The position numbers and the translations under genes are program-made. Positions 1 through 14,800 of a stretch of 64,000 bases of DNA are shown one piece after another (positions within the stretch are counted from its first letter, which is position 1; the number at the start of each line of letters is the position of its first letter). Source of the DNA: Eledone cirrhosa (Eukaryota); NCBI GenBank assembly GCA_964016885.1, contig CAXHJY010000046.1, positions 1-64,000 of the forward strand, in the 5' to 3' direction. Below the pieces are notes generated by a model. That model did not search any database and was not told the DNA's origin. It was given only the letters and a program-made list of their open reading frames with translations.

Positions 1-913
1 AGCATGGTTGGAGTTGGTAGGTCTACTTTGTCCTGATACACAAGGGTCTTCTAGATAGCGACTTCAAGGTCAAGTTTCCAACAAGTTTCCAATCACACCC
101 CACATAATATTAAAAACTGAATTATAAAAATAAACTGGCTCGACCTATCCTATTTGTTTAACGTAAGAAGTTTTTCCACAACATAGTTACAGTAGCATAT
201 TCAATAGACGCTCTATACAGATAATCTCTTCCTGCCACTAACCCTCACCGTGAGATCGTAAATAACTGCTAAAAATAAACTGCATGGAGATACAGGATGT
301 TCATGCAGCGTAAAGGAGGGCTTCCCTCTGCAGCAAAGCTTTAATATCAAGTCCATTGAATTGAAAGCTACCAACACCAACCATGCTGAGAGTAGTAAAA
401 TATATGTGGGTATGGTAGTAGATCGTTTTAAACAAAAGATAATACTCATATATCCCTGAAAGGAAACTCACCAAAAATGTTCTGGTAGTTAAAACATAAA
501 AAGTTCATCAAAATGTAAAATTGAAAATCCTTGGAAAAACACACATCTCAAACATACACAACAGTAAACAAGAATCATGTCCCTTAGAAAATGAATCAAC
601 ACATTTTTTTTGTAGGTTGTGGCCGCTTTTCACGAGTGACTTTACAAGATCTCGTTCAGATAAGATCCTTGCGCCTAATGAATCTGGCCTAAGCGTTGCA
701 CATGCATTCTGTACCACTATGTGTTGTCTGCAGCACCACAACACCAGTGCCTTGAAAGCAAAGGGGGCACAATATATGGTACTTCTATGACTCATAATAA
801 ATAATGTCTCTTGCACTAGATAGCGCGCAACTTTCCTTTTCGTCATAATCTACAACCCCATTATCGAGTATTCTGTTGAGTTCTGGTGTAACTGGTTTTG
901 AATTAGTTGTATC

Positions 914-1041
<128 letters not shown>

Positions 1042-3019
1042 TGTATGTGTGTGTGTGTGTATGTACATATCTGTGAGTGTGTGTGAATGTGTGTGAATGT
1101 GTGCGTTACTATGATTGCGTTGATTGTCAAGTAACTCACCGGTTAAACAAAATAAGCCTATAATATAATCACCAGATTTGATAAATTCTGGATACAATAT
1201 GATCGGCAAAAGTATGCATACTGTGTCATTCTGAATCTCCCTGAGAATTGAGTCAAGGCTATAAGTGTCTGTAGGATGTTCACGCACTTACATGTTAATT
1301 TCAAGAGCAGGTTATTCCTTTGGCCAAACAACGGTAACATTTATTATCGAAAGCTGTGGAGTAGGAGAAGTGAAGTTCATGTTTAAATTCACGGTGAAAG
1401 CAAGGTTAACTTGAAGGGAAATTGAACACTCGAATGATGTGTAAGGAAATGATATATAAAGTACAACATTTAGTCTGAGTGACTAATGTAGTATAAATTT
1501 ACAACTGTGTCACCGTTCAGATATATAATGTCTATAAAAAAACCTACATTTTACGTTGATGTTCTGTTTGATCTTCTGAGAAGATCTTAAACGTTTGTAG
1601 TGTCACATAAAAATCAATTGGTCAATGAAAAAATATATATTAGTATCGAGAAATTTTTTCCATGCTTAACCATCGTACTGGACATTCGATGAATCAATAT
1701 AAGAATCAATATATGATTGCTAGCATTTCTACGTATCGATTATAGTTAACTATTGCTTTGAAATTTCATTCTCTGATGAGAAATACATTGTTTTAAATGC
1801 GATTAAAGATATACCATTTATTATTTCAAATCAAATACTATTGATTGATAACATTTTAAAAATAAAGAAATGAAAGATACTTCCTGTCAGAAATATATCG
1901 AAGAATCCCAAACATGATGGATTATTCTTGTTAATCATTTTCCATTGCATTTATTCATTATCTCTTTTAATTTTCTTTTATTGTTTGTATGTGATGTTTT
2001 TGTTTTGTCTTTCTTTTAATAAAGTGAAGAAAACATTTAAGAAATACACAATCGAAAAATATCAGTCAAATAAAACAAACATAAAATTTAAATAAAAAGA
2101 GAAAGACAGAGGTTAGTACGACAGAAGAGAACAGTCTCTAATGACGGAGTTTTCTTGATTGAATCAAGAGCAGAATAGAAAGAAAATGACAAACTAGCTT
2201 TGTAGGAAGCAAAGAAAGAAAGAAATGAAGAAAAGAAGAAAGAAAGAATCTGAGTTGAGAAGGAGGAGAGGAAAGAAAGAAGAAAATTGACGTAAGGAAA
2301 TGAGTAGGAAAAAATACCAAAACAGGAAAGGGAAATTCTAAATAAGTGCATCAAAGAAAAAGGAAAAGAAAGAATTGAGTGAAATTTACCGGATAATTGG
2401 TGGAACAAGGTAACAATGATAATGATAAGGAGAAGGTGTAGACAATAAAATCAAGACAATATACAATAACTAGAAAAAATGTTTCACAAAGCTGAAGAAA
2501 AACATGGAGCATGTAAGCTGTCAATAGACATTAATTTTGTATTTATTTCTTTGATGCTTTTTTTTTTTAAATTATTTCTAATTCATCTTATTTAAAGGAT
2601 TATTTTTTTTTTATATATTCCTTCTTTTTGTGTTGATTTCTTTACTCTCTGTGATGAAGCTTCAGTTTGGCTGGAGTTCCTTCCATTAAATCCGGAAATG
2701 TAACTGCTATCTTTTAATGGCTACTGACTAGGCTGACAGGATATATATCGTTGCTACTAGTTACATCATTAATAGACAGCATTCAACAGCATCGCTTCTA
2801 AAGTTCACAGATTCTACATATATCGCCAACATATAGTAACAATTCGATGTATGTTGTGAATGACAATTAGAATTCTAAAATTGAATTCTTTTAATTTTGT
2901 TAACATTACAGAATCATCTCACCCACAACTCCTCAAATCATTGTAAGGAAATCTTTTTTTCAGAGGAAGTCAACACAGGTGCTTCCTGTTTTGTTTCCTA
3001 GTCTGTCTGTTTGTCGCTC

Positions 3020-3186
<167 letters not shown>

Positions 3187-3489
3187 GTCAAACGTCCACT
3201 CAATCTATTCTATTCCTGTCACATCCTCTTCACTACGACATATAAAACGCTGTAAATTGCTAGATCGCCGATCCCATTAATCCACCTAAGAGATCAGTAT
3301 AAACTGTTTTTCTTCGATTACTTTCAGGATGTTAAAACACATGGAAGCAGATCTCAAAAAAGGTTCTTCTTAACGTATTATTTGAGGGAGGTTTGGCTGG
3401 ATTTCTAGCACGTCGAGACACCATGAAGAAGCCCCCAATCCTTGCGTCTGTATTACAGTAATTACGGAACTAAAGTCCAAACATCCATC

Positions 3490-6320
3490 TCAGTTCACAA
3501 ATACCCCCCCCTCTCATTGTTATAACAGTTCACAGATACACCCCACCTCATTGTTATAACAGTTCACAGATACCCCCCAATTTCATTGCTATAACAGTTC
3601 ACAAATACCCCCCCACCTCATTGTTATAACAGTTCACAGATACCCCCCCATCTCATTGTAATAACATTTCACAAACATCCCCCACCTCATTGTTATAACA
3701 GTTCACAAAAACACCCCCCATCTCATTGTTATAAAAGTTCACAAAAACACCCCACCCCCCCATCTCATTGTTATAACAGTTCACAAAAACACCCCCCCCC
3801 CCATCTCATTGTTATAACAGTTCACAAATACACCCCCACATCTCATTGTTATAACAGTTCACAAATACACCCCCACATCTCGTTGTTATAACAGTTCACA
3901 AATACACCCCCCATCTCATTGTTATAACAGTTCACAAATACACCCCCTCTATCTCATTGTTATAACAGTTCACAAATACACCCCCCACCATCTCAATGTT
4001 ATAACAGTTCACAAATACACCCCCACATCTCATTGTTATAACGGTTCACAAATACACCCCCACATCTCAGTGTTATAACAGTTTACAAATACACCTCCAC
4101 GTTTCATTGTTATAACTGTTCACAAATACAAACACCCTCCTTCGCATTGTTATAACAGTTCACAAATACACCCCCTCCATCTCATTGTTATAACAGTTCA
4201 CAAATACACCCCCACGTTTCATTGTTATAACAGTTCATAAATACACACCCCCATCTCATTGTTATAACAGTTAACAAATACACCCCCCCATCTCATTGTT
4301 ATAACAGTTCACAAATATACCCCCACATCTCATTGTTATAACAGTTCACAAATACCCCCCCCCCCATCTCATTGTTATAACAGTTCACAAAAACACACCC
4401 CATCTCATTGTTATAAAAGTTCACAAAAACACCCCACCCCCCCATCTCATTGTTATAACAGTTCACAAAAACACCCCCCCATCTCATTGTTATAACAGTT
4501 CACAAATACACACCCACATCTCATTGTTATAACAGTTCACAAATACACCCCCACATCTCATTGTTATAACAGTTCACAAATACACCCCCCATCTCATTGT
4601 TATAACAGTTCACAAATACACCCCCTCTATCTCATTGTTATAACAGTTCACAAATACACCCCCCACCATCTCAATGTTATAACAGTTCACAAATACACCC
4701 CCACATCTCATTGTTATAACGGTTCACAAATACACCCCCACATCTCAGTGTTATAACAGTTTACAAATACACCCCCACATTTCATTGTTATAACTGTTCA
4801 CAAATACAAACACCCTCCTTCGCATTGTTATAACAGTTCACAAATACACCCCCCCCATCTCAATGTTATAACAGTTCACAAATACACCCCCACGTTTCAT
4901 TGTTATAACAGTTCACAAATACAGCCCCCCATCTCATTGTTATAACAGTTCACAAATACACCCCCTCCATCTCATTGTTATAACAGTTCACAAATACACC
5001 CCCCATCTCAATGTTATAACAGTTCACAAATACACCCCCACATCTCATTGTTATAACAGTTCACAAATACACCCCCCCTCCATCTCATGGTTATAACAGT
5101 TCACAAATACACCCGCTCCATCTCATTGTTATAACAGTTCACAAATACACCCCCACAACTCATTGTTATAACAGTTCACAAATATACCCCCACAACTCAT
5201 TGTTATAACAGTTCACAAATACACCCTCACGTTTCATTGTTATAACAGTTCACAAATACACCCCCCCTCCATCTCATTGTTATAACAGTTCACAAATACA
5301 CCCCCTCTATCTCATTGTTATAACAGTTCACAAATACACCCCCCCCCCATCTCATTGTTATAACAGTTCACAAATACACACCTCCATCTCATTTTTATAA
5401 CAGTTCACAAATACACTCCCTCCATCTGATTTTTTATAACAGTTCAGAAATACCCCCCCCCCCCATCTCATTGTTATAACAGTTCACAATACACCCCCCA
5501 ATCTCATTTTTATAACAGTTCACAAATACCCCCCCGCATCTCATTGTTATAACAGTTCACAAATACACGCCCTCCATCTGGTTTTTTATAACAGTTCACA
5601 ATTACCCCCCCCCCCAATTCAATGTTATAACAGTTCACAAATACCCCTCATCTCATGGTTATAACAGTTCACAATTACCCCCCCCCCCATCTCATTGTTA
5701 TAACAGTTCACAAATACACCCCCTCCATCTGATTTTTTATAACAGTTCACAAATACACCCCCCCCCATCTCATTGTTATAACAGTTCACAAATACACCCC
5801 CCCCATCTCATTGTTATAACAGTTCACAAATACACCCTCTCCATCTAATTTTTTATAACAGTTCACAAATACACCCCCCCCATCTCATTGTTATAACAGT
5901 TCACAAATACACCCCCCCATCTCAATGTTATAACAATTCACAAATACACCCCCCCCCTATCTCATTGTTATAACAGTTCACAAATACCCCCCCCCCATCT
6001 CATTGTTATAACAGTTCACAAATACACACCCTCCCATCTCATTGTTATAACAGTTCACAAATACCCCCCCCCCATCTCATTGTTATAACAGTTCACAAAT
6101 ACACACCCTCCCATCTCATGGTTATAACAGTTCACAAATACCCCCCCCCCTCCATCTCATGGTTATAACAGTTCACAAATACCCCCCTCCATCTCATGGT
6201 TATAACAGTTCACAAATACCCCCCCCCCTCCATCTCATGGTTATAACAGTTCACAAATACCCCCCCTCCATCTCATGGTTATAACAGTTCACAAATACCC
6301 CCTCCCCCCCAATCTCATGA
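3490..6320. repeat. Minisatellite, ~36-41 bp unit ACAGTTCACAAATACA(C)nCATCTCATTGTTATA
   Basis: Roughly 70-80 tandem units with a constant ATCTCATTGTTATAACAGTTCACAAATAC part and a variable oligo-C tract. Confidence 0.97.
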
Positions 6321-6419
6321 TTTTACTAACAATCAATGATAATAATTTCCGAGGAGTATTTTTGTATCATGAAACACTGGAAACTATTTCCCTATACATC
6401 ATTCAAACTATATAACACT

Positions 6420-6790
6420 CTGACTCACTCACACACACTCACACTCACACACTCTCTCTCACACATACACACACACACACAGTCACTCACACACGCACAT
6501 CACACACACTCACACACGCACACACACACCACACACTCACTCACACACACACACTCACTCACACACACACAGTCACTTACACACAGTCACTCACACACAC
6601 ACACCACACACACTCACACACACACACCACACGCTCACTCACACACACACACACTCACTCACACACACACACACACACATACACAGACACACACACGCAC
6701 ACACTCACTCACACACACACACACACGCACACTCACTCTCTCACACACACACACGCACACACTCAAACACACACACACACCCACACACAT
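6420..6790. repeat. Degenerate (CA)n/(CACT)n low-complexity tract
   Basis: Direct reading. Confidence 0.9.
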
Positions 6791-6825
6791 ATATATTATA
6801 TTTTCTATTTTATCTTTACTTTTAT

Positions 6826-6887
6826 CATATTCTTTTAATCTTTTACCTGTTCCAGCCATCCAGCTGAGGCCATGCTGGGGCACCGCT

Positions 6888-6890
<3 letters not shown>
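6826..6890 (-). mobile_element. 3' terminal stub of CR1-like LINE
   Basis: Reverse complement GCGGTGCCCCAGCATGGCCTCAGCTGGATGGCTGGAACAGGTAAAAGA matches the LINE 3' end at 63620-63686. Confidence 0.7.
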
Positions 6891-6946
<56 letters not shown>

Positions 6947-6951
<5 letters not shown>

Positions 6952-7379
6952 GACGTAAAATAAAAAAATATAAAAAAATATTTTTTTAAAAAAAATTTAA
7001 AAAAAATTTTTTTCTTACTTAAATTTTCACTCCAACTAATTAGTTTCTGCAATGGGATAAAGACAGTTACGTAATTCAACTGTCGAGAATTCATTGCGTC
7101 ATCAGGAAGTCTATTCTCAGTTAAGTCTCCAGGCAATGCGCGGACACTGGCGGCTCATATAAAAATAATAATAATTCGGTAGATCGAACAGCTTGCGAGG
7201 ACTGAATTCTATGTACCGAAATTCTCACTGCTTCAAGTCAAATGGCCGATTCTAAAGAATCAATCACGTGACACAGAGGCTAGTTAGAAGGAATGGGATG
7301 GTAAGATGACTGACGCCTACTAACAAAAATTTTTTTTAAATTTTTTTTAAAAAAATATTTTTTTATTTTACGTCCTTTA
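6947..7379. mobile_element. MITE with ~65-bp A/T-rich terminal inverted repeats at the edge of a (TA)n tract
   Basis: TAAAGGACGTAAAATAAAAAAATA ... TATTTTTTTATTTTACGTCCTTTA, flanked by TA, no ORF inside. Confidence 0.75.
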
Positions 7380-7739
7380 TATTATTGTTCTGCATTCTCC
7401 TGCATTGAACCACCTAGGTACTATGACATAACCTGTGTATTTGCTGGCATGGGCGTGCATCTGTGCGCTTATGTTAGTTGATATATTAAATTATCTATAT
7501 ATATATATATATATATATCAATATGTATATATATATATGTATATACGTATATTTTATATGTTGTTAAATTTTATAATTTTTATTATTTTTATAATTTTTG
7601 AAAGGTATCTCTGCATGTCCTTTCTTACTGTATATATGTGTACGTATTTATTATCGTGATCGTGTGTCTATGATTTGTTTTTTATGTGCATATGTGTTTG
7701 TTTTTTAGTATGTATGTGTATGTATGTGAGCGTACCTTC

Positions 7740-7797
<58 letters not shown>

Positions 7798-7835
7798 ATA
7801 TATGTATGTATATTGTGTGTATGTGTGTGTGTATG

Positions 7836-7867
<32 letters not shown>

Positions 7868-8289
7868 AGTGTATGTATATAAGTGTGTATATGCGGTTGA
7901 TGTAAGAGTTATTTGTATGTAAGTATAGATAACCGCATGTAATTGTGTGTGTGTGTGTGTGTGTGCGTGTGCATGTATGTATATTTAAGTGTGTGTGTAT
8001 ATATGTATATATGTATATATATTTTTTCTCTTATACGATGTTATTTTAACTCAGCCTCACTTTCATTTTATAGATACTAATTTCTAAACTTATATCCAAA
8101 ACATAACTATTTCATCTGCTGAACGACCTGGACGTTTCTGGAAGAACCGTCTACTTTCCTGAAAGCTTTGTTAATGGAATAATTATATTGTGTTGTTTAT
8201 TATGGAGGAAGGGCAGTACTTTTAGCTATCAAAGCCCTTCCGACACTGGCAAACGCCATGACGTTAACGATCTAATTTGGATAGACATA

Positions 8290-8562
8290 CAGAGAGATTT
8301 ATTTCCAAATAGCTGCCGATCTTGACAGATCTACAATAGTGATGTGTAGGTCCATATTCTGCTCCTGTCACTTTTCTAGTAGTTGACGGGTTGCAAACAT
8401 CATAGCCAATGTGCTGCGATCAGGTTTAAAGCCTATACTTGTTCTCTGGCAGATCATTCTCCCATTGTTTAACCTGTCGATTGAGCAATATTCTCGTTAA
8501 GGCGTTCCTTACGTTGGAAACTGGTTGTTGCTGACTTGGATGTTTCCCTTGTTTTGTATATC
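8290..8562 (-). mobile_element. Degenerate RTE-clade reverse transcriptase fragment
   Basis: Minus strand reads ..LTRILLNR.. and GFKPDRSTLAMMFATRQLLEK*QEQNMDLHITIVDL, RTE RT domains 1-3, with frameshifts and stops. Confidence 0.7.
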
Positions 8563-8794
8563 TAAGATTTAGAAAGTAAAGAAAAGATACGTGCCATGGC
8601 TACGTTCTTATGTCTACACACGTCGGGCTTGATGAGAGACGCTTCACATAACCCGTTCATTCTAAGGATTTGTGTAACATTGTCCGGTAAATGTACTATA
8701 GTCATTGGAGTTTACACTCTCATTCATCTTATAGCGCACGTATCATTAAACTATTCGGTCACATTTAAATCGACGCTAGCAATTGATCGATCTT

Positions 8795-8910
8795 ACAATT
8801 TATCGACCCTGAGATATTAAAAGACAGGATTTGAACTCAGAACGTAAAGGACCGGAATTAAAGCCTGCAGCTCATATTGTACGATGTACTAACCATTCTC
8901 CCACTTACCC
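8795..8910 (-). mobile_element. Degenerate tRNA-derived SINE (family A)
   Basis: TTTATCGACCC ... GGATTTGAACTCAGAACGTAAAGG, shared with the intact copies. Confidence 0.55.
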
Positions 8911-10549
8911 GTATATGTCAAAATCAGAGTAATTCAGATCCTATATAATTGTTTCAGTTAATATTAGAAGAATCATTAAAATATGAAATGAAATTTGCAT
9001 ACAGAAAGAGTTGTTCAGATGTGTTTAACAGATAAAATTATTAGGTCTGTCTAGTTAAACAAATTGTTTATTTCGCATCCGAGCAATTATATTTGTAAAA
9101 ATATCGGCGCCTCTTTTTTAAACAGGGAAATAATATCTTGATCAACTGAATTATTAATAACTGTACAAAGCTGAAATGTATATTTTGTTGAAAATACTAA
9201 GTACAATATCTAGCCTATTAAATTTGATTTATCAAGATTTTATCAATTTATAATATACTGTTGTATTACAAATTATTTGTATGTCACTGCTATAGCCTGT
9301 TTCCTTACAATTATTGCAATAATTTCATTGAAAACAGCCATGCAAATATATGCTCCTAATATAGTATCTTCGTTAATGTTACTTAAGTTTTTAATAAATC
9401 TTTGCAGACATGTGTTTCAGTAGATGAGATGTCATTTGAAATTTATAAAGAAAATCTATCATTGTTGATAGGAACTACTATAAATGGTAAAACCGCTGAA
9501 TGCTGAATGAACAACATCAATATTAAAGCAGAAAATTTACTTGAGAATTGGTAGAATCATTGGTAATTTTTGGTGACGTTTATACTCTATCTTAGTACAC
9601 CTTCCTTTCGGTGAATATAATTTACGTCACAACATGTCTTCTGTCGCTATTCTTCTATCATATGATCTAGAAAAACCTGTTATGTTTTCTCATATTATCT
9701 TATTTTAATCTGAAATCTGTTTCTAAGTATGACTCCACTTCTTTTCACTCGCCTAAATGTTGAAGTATATTGATCCATTTCTATGTTAGCACGTATCGTC
9801 TTCTGCGTGTAATACAACACTATAAACAAATAAATATATGAATAAATAATGGTAACTATGATTTCTTACAGTAATAAAAACATAGCAACTGTCTTTTAAA
9901 AATCAGTCACGAAAGTTACTGGTAGCAAAAGAGATTTTTCCCACTCAATATGATGTTTTCTGGAATAATCCCCATAAATAAATGACATCAAGTTGTTATT
10001 TCCTCGAAGCGATCCTTTTATTCTAAGATTAGTTTTTAAATAACTTGTGATAACTTTCTTCTTTCACTTGCCGTTCTTAAATCTATGTAAATATCAACAC
10101 ATTGTAAAGATTAGCAACGGGATTTGTTGATCTGTGTGGTATGTAAAAGCAAAGATAATGACGATGACTACGACGACGAAGAAGAAGAAGAAGAAGAAGA
10201 AGACAATGAATATAATAATATTGATTTCTTTTTTTATTTAAATGATACAATCATATAAAAGTTCTAAGAAACACAAAATGTCACATATTTAACATATTTT
10301 GCAGAGAGTTCTTGGTTTATCAAGAATATAAACGAGGTAACCAAATAAAGATATGTGAATAGGTCTTACTGAGAATTGAAACCTCAAATTACGGAACTGT
10401 ACAAATAACACTGATGATGTGTGAATAAGTAGTTTTAATGGGAATACATGTGATGGATATGGGTTTATATTATAATATATATATGTATTATATATGTGTG
10501 TGAATGTGTGTGTGTGTATGTGTACGTGTGAGTGTATGCATGTGTGTGT

Positions 10550-11685
10550 ATACTGGCAGCATATAGCCAAGTACAACCTGTAACATGTTGAAGCCATTGG
10601 TGACTAAATCGGCAACCCACCCAGCTCCCTTAGTGAGGAAGGTGACCTTTTCTTGGACGAAAAGCAAAGCCCGAGGTGGAGGAATTCAGGATAGAGACAA
10701 AGCCAGCCAGGTCTCTTTATGTATAACATTTTATATAATTTTATCTGTCGATCCTGTTTGAGCTGATCATACGGATCTAGATGATATCCTCGGAAAGAAA
10801 ACTCCTTTATCTTTACGGGTGGTTGTAGTTCTTGTGGCGATCATCGACAGACAGATGTTTTTGCAAAGAGAAGACAGCAGCTTTGCTGATGATCATTTCA
10901 ATTGACAACGAAAAGGTGTACTGCTGCAGTTAGCGGAGGGCCACACATGTATTTAGCCAGTGTATGTGTGTGTGTGTGTGTGACAGCTCACACCTATGCA
11001 GGTTTAGCTAGCCTCCTCCAAGGTATATCTCGTTGGAAGTGTCTTGGGTAATTTAATGATAGGGATCCCAGTCCTATCATCTCATTTCTACAGCTGAGTA
11101 AACTGGAGCAACGTGAAATAAAGTGTCTTGCTCCAGGAAACAACACATCACCCGGTCCGAGAATTGAACTCACAACCTTTCGATTGCAAGCCTAATGCTC
11201 TAACCACTAAGCCATGCGCCTTCCCATTTATTTAGAATAAATGATTTAGCCAGTAGAATAAGAATGATGAAGTTTAACTATAGCACCAAGGTTAAAGCTC
11301 TTGTCAATCAGCCATTCATGTGGTCACACAATGCTGTCCCTGCAGCCAATCTTGGGTCTGACCTCAATCCTTTGGAATGGTTGATCTCCGATGACAACAC
11401 AAACTGCATCATCACAAGCTGAACTCTATAAATTCACGTATGACTTCATCTATGTAAAAAGCATTCAAGAACATCGTTTTGTACATCCTCACTCTGACAC
11501 AGAAGCTGCAGCGCCAGCTTGGAACTACAACTCCTTACTGCATCTACTGTTTGAAATGAATGTGAGAACCCGCTGGAAGGATCTTTTGAGGACTCTACCC
11601 CAACGAAGAAGAAGAAGAAGAAGAAGAAGAAGAAGAAGAAGAAGAAGAAGAAGAAGAAGAAGAAGAAGAAGAAGAAGAAGAAGAA
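10550..11685 (+). mobile_element. Fragmented RTE-type LINE derivative (5'UTR piece, APE remnant, 3' end with (GAA)n tail), interrupted by a SINE
   Basis: 10550-10680 is homologous to the RTE 5'UTR at 37140-37280; IQEHRFVH APE motif near 11460; (GAA)n at 11605-11685. Confidence 0.45.
11075..11221 (-). mobile_element. tRNA-derived CORE-like SINE (family B)
   Basis: Reverse complement GGCGCATGGCTTAGTGGTTAGAGC (A box) ... GAGTTCAATTC (B box) ... GAGCAAGACACTTTATTTCACGTTGCTCCAG (CORE-like). Confidence 0.8.
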
Positions 11686-13039
11686 ATATTTATGAGAAAT
11701 TCCGGTGTAGATTATGACAACGAAGTCTTTAAATACTCATATATGAACATTTTATATATCGTATAAATATTCTTTTGACGATAACTAATACAGGGAAAAC
11801 AGTGTCAAGTTTTACAAAAAATGAATATAAAATAAGAAATAAAGACAGCTTACAGAAGAGGAGTATTGCCAGTGGTGGTCCTCATGTTGATAAATCTAAA
11901 ATGATTGTTACTGAATGTTGATACTGTTTCATACTTTTAACAAACTATCTTAACGCACAGAATCAATTATTGAGTAATGGGAAAATTAGGAACAAGATTG
12001 CACAATGATTTCAAATAATGGACTACGAACAAGATGCCGCATCTCAGAGATTTTTGTGGGCACAATTACACAGTTTGATAGATAGTGGGAATAAATAACA
12101 TACCACTTAAACATTGCTTCTGACATGTTTGATTTTCTTTCTATTCAAAGTTCATCTGTATTAAACTAGAATCCAACCAATTTAAATGAATGCAATTTAA
12201 TTGCAAATGGTTGAAGTCTGAAGTGGCATACTCTAAACAGAACAGGTACTGTTACTATAAAAAATTTATATATTTATACCTTTCTTTGTCATATCAGATT
12301 TTTCCCACCAAAGATTTTTCTCTTTAACTTTCGTATCGATAAGCAATTATTTTTTGTCCAAGGGAGACTAATTACACAACATGACCTTTTATAGCTGTAA
12401 TAAACGACGGTGGACCATTTCGTTGACAAACTCAGTGAAGACACGAAATCAATATTGAAATGTAAGTCGAAGTGTTAGTTAAATGCGTATATTGATTACC
12501 ATGGAAAGTTTTGGTCTATTTTACCAACATCAAAACAAATAAGTCGGGGGATGTTAGACACATTAAAATAATAATCAGGAAATTGTATTTTCATGAGGCA
12601 ACACTTTTGTAACAAGTTGCAAATGAATTGAATGAAAAAAAAATCTTTTTGTTCTTGGTCATTATTCATCGACTTCACATTCAATAGTATACTTTAGAGC
12701 ACTTAGTAGAGAACAACCCGTCATACCAGATGAAGTCTAATTGTATAACCATTTTCTATTAAATATCGGCTGATATAAAGGTTATTCAGTTTGTTATTAT
12801 TATAATAGATATTGATGAATAATTAATCTTCCTATTAGCTTCTTTTATATGTTTAGCTGCTCCATAATCATTTTGTATGCACTTTAACCCTATAGAGAAG
12901 GATTCCGAATCAACATATATATATTACCAAATTAGTAACAGTAAACATAATTCCTTATGCGCTAGCAACTGCGTGTTATTTTAAGTATTACTAATGGAGA
13001 TATCATTGTCTTTTTCCCCTATTATTCTTCGCTCACATA

Positions 13040-14800
13040 CTCCTGGGTCGCCTGCCGGTTAGTTTAGCCCGTATTATCTGTCTAGAGATTTTTTTCTAAG
13101 ATATTCTAACCGCATGCCCGTAATATCGGAGCTATTATCTCTCAATTCGGAGAAGTAGCAGCTGTACCTGGAGCGACTCTCCAAGCTATGCACTCTGTCT
13201 AATAACTTTACACCAAAGACACTTCGGAGGAACCCAATTTCGGCTGCTTGTATTTGCCATCGTATTCTTTCGATAGTTACCCAAGATTCATGATTATAGG
13301 GAAGAGTTTGCAAGAACACAGAATTGTAGATAGCGATTGGCTTGTACACCTATCACTACAATTCTTGGCAATACTGCCACAATTTCTTAACAACCTGCCA
13401 CAGTGTGGATATTTGGTCATTTGTGCTGTCTCCGGGGCTAAATTATCACTGTTCCTCAGTTAGTTCAGACTCGAGAATCTCCCTATAACTCTTTACAGGT
13501 CACTTATAATAGATCTTACTGAGGAGTCTTAACAAGGAAATCCCTCTATAATTGGAGCAATCGCTTTTATATCCGTTTTAGAAGATTGGGATTATCACTC
13601 CTGATTGCTATTGCTTAGGTCCCTTTCTAGAGATCCAGGCCGCGCGGCACACACGAGTCAGCCATAGAATATTTTCTCTATTTAAGCCTTTTAACATCTC
13701 AGACCGGATTTCATCTTCTCCAGTCGCCTTTCCACATTTTAACTCTTGTGACCTGAGCCTCCAAGAGATTATTCATCGCTCCCAGATCCATCCGTTGTGA
13801 TCGGGTTTAGGAGATCAGCAAAATATTCTCTGAAGAGAGAGGAGCACCAGACGCGTTCCTGGAAGAGGGTACTTCATATTACTTCATATTTGTTTATCCG
13901 AAGTCTTATTCCAGCTTAATCCCAAAGGCCTCCAATGCCTTGCCTTTGACTCCTTTATTATCTCTGCTGCGACCTTTCACTCCTGCGTGTACCACAAGCG
14001 CATGAATGGGCTTTGTAGACCTTCATTGCTCATATGGCATCTTTGACTTCTCCGTTTCAACGTCTTCGGTTTGCACAGAGAGTTTTCAGCTTTGTGGGTT
14101 TCTTTGTTTTTAGATAGCCTCACGTTGCAGATAACTAGATCGCGGCCAGTCGATAACTTAGCACGTATCGTAACACAAACATCCAGCACAGAGAAAACAA
14201 TAACATCAACTATTGATCTCTGTCCCTGTCTCCCCTTATACCATGCACATTAATGGATGCCACTGTGTTGGAAGAAGGTGTTCATAATAGAAAATCCATT
14301 GCTAGAACAGAATTCTAATAAGTTCTCTCCATCCGTATGTATATCGGGATCGCCGTTCCTTCCAATCACCCTATTCTATGCCAACTGATCGGTGCCAACA
14401 TGTGCATTGAAATATTTCATTGTGATATATGACTCAGTCTTAACGACATCTAACGCTGCAGTGTCTTCATCAAGGAATGGTCTGTATTCAGACTTTTTGT
14501 TTGAGGCATACACTTTCAGCCTACACTTGAAGAGGCAAATCCTCCATCCTACTGGGATCCAGCCAATAACACATTCTGACAGTGGAGGGCTTGGGATTAT
14601 CCACACTCCCGCCTGTGCAATCATTTCTGGCACCACACCCCAGCAGTGGAGTTTCCATCCACCATCTAAATCTACAGCCCCAGATTGTTGAGGAAACCAC
14701 GACTATATCTAGTCGGTAACATCTAGCCTCCCACATTAATCCCTGCTCCTTACCTGTAAGGGTTGCGATGGTCCAGGTTTGCTCCATTTTGAATCCTCTT
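13040..14800 (-). mobile_element. Degenerate, internally deleted RTE LINE (Expander/Rex3-like; APE plus RT C-terminus)
   Basis: WTIATLTGKEQGLMWEARCYRLDIV, FNAHVG, VIGRNGDP, LLEFC and MNTFFQH (APE); IYNSVFLQTLPYNHESW..QIQAAEIGFLR..LLDRV (RTE C-terminus). Confidence 0.85.

Noticed and set aside
500-840. Possible Tc1 transposase C-terminal remnant (KIENPW.., ALKAKG..Y)
   Set aside because: Only two weak motifs in different frames and no TIR pair identified
3490-6320. CRISPR-like look (constant ~29-bp repeat with variable intervals)
   Set aside because: Intervals are short oligo-C tracts, not unique spacers; eukaryotic context; no cas genes
11130-11221. tRNA gene (also at 46757 and 63127)
   Set aside because: A and B boxes are present but run into SINE bodies with no complete cloverleaf; these are SINE heads
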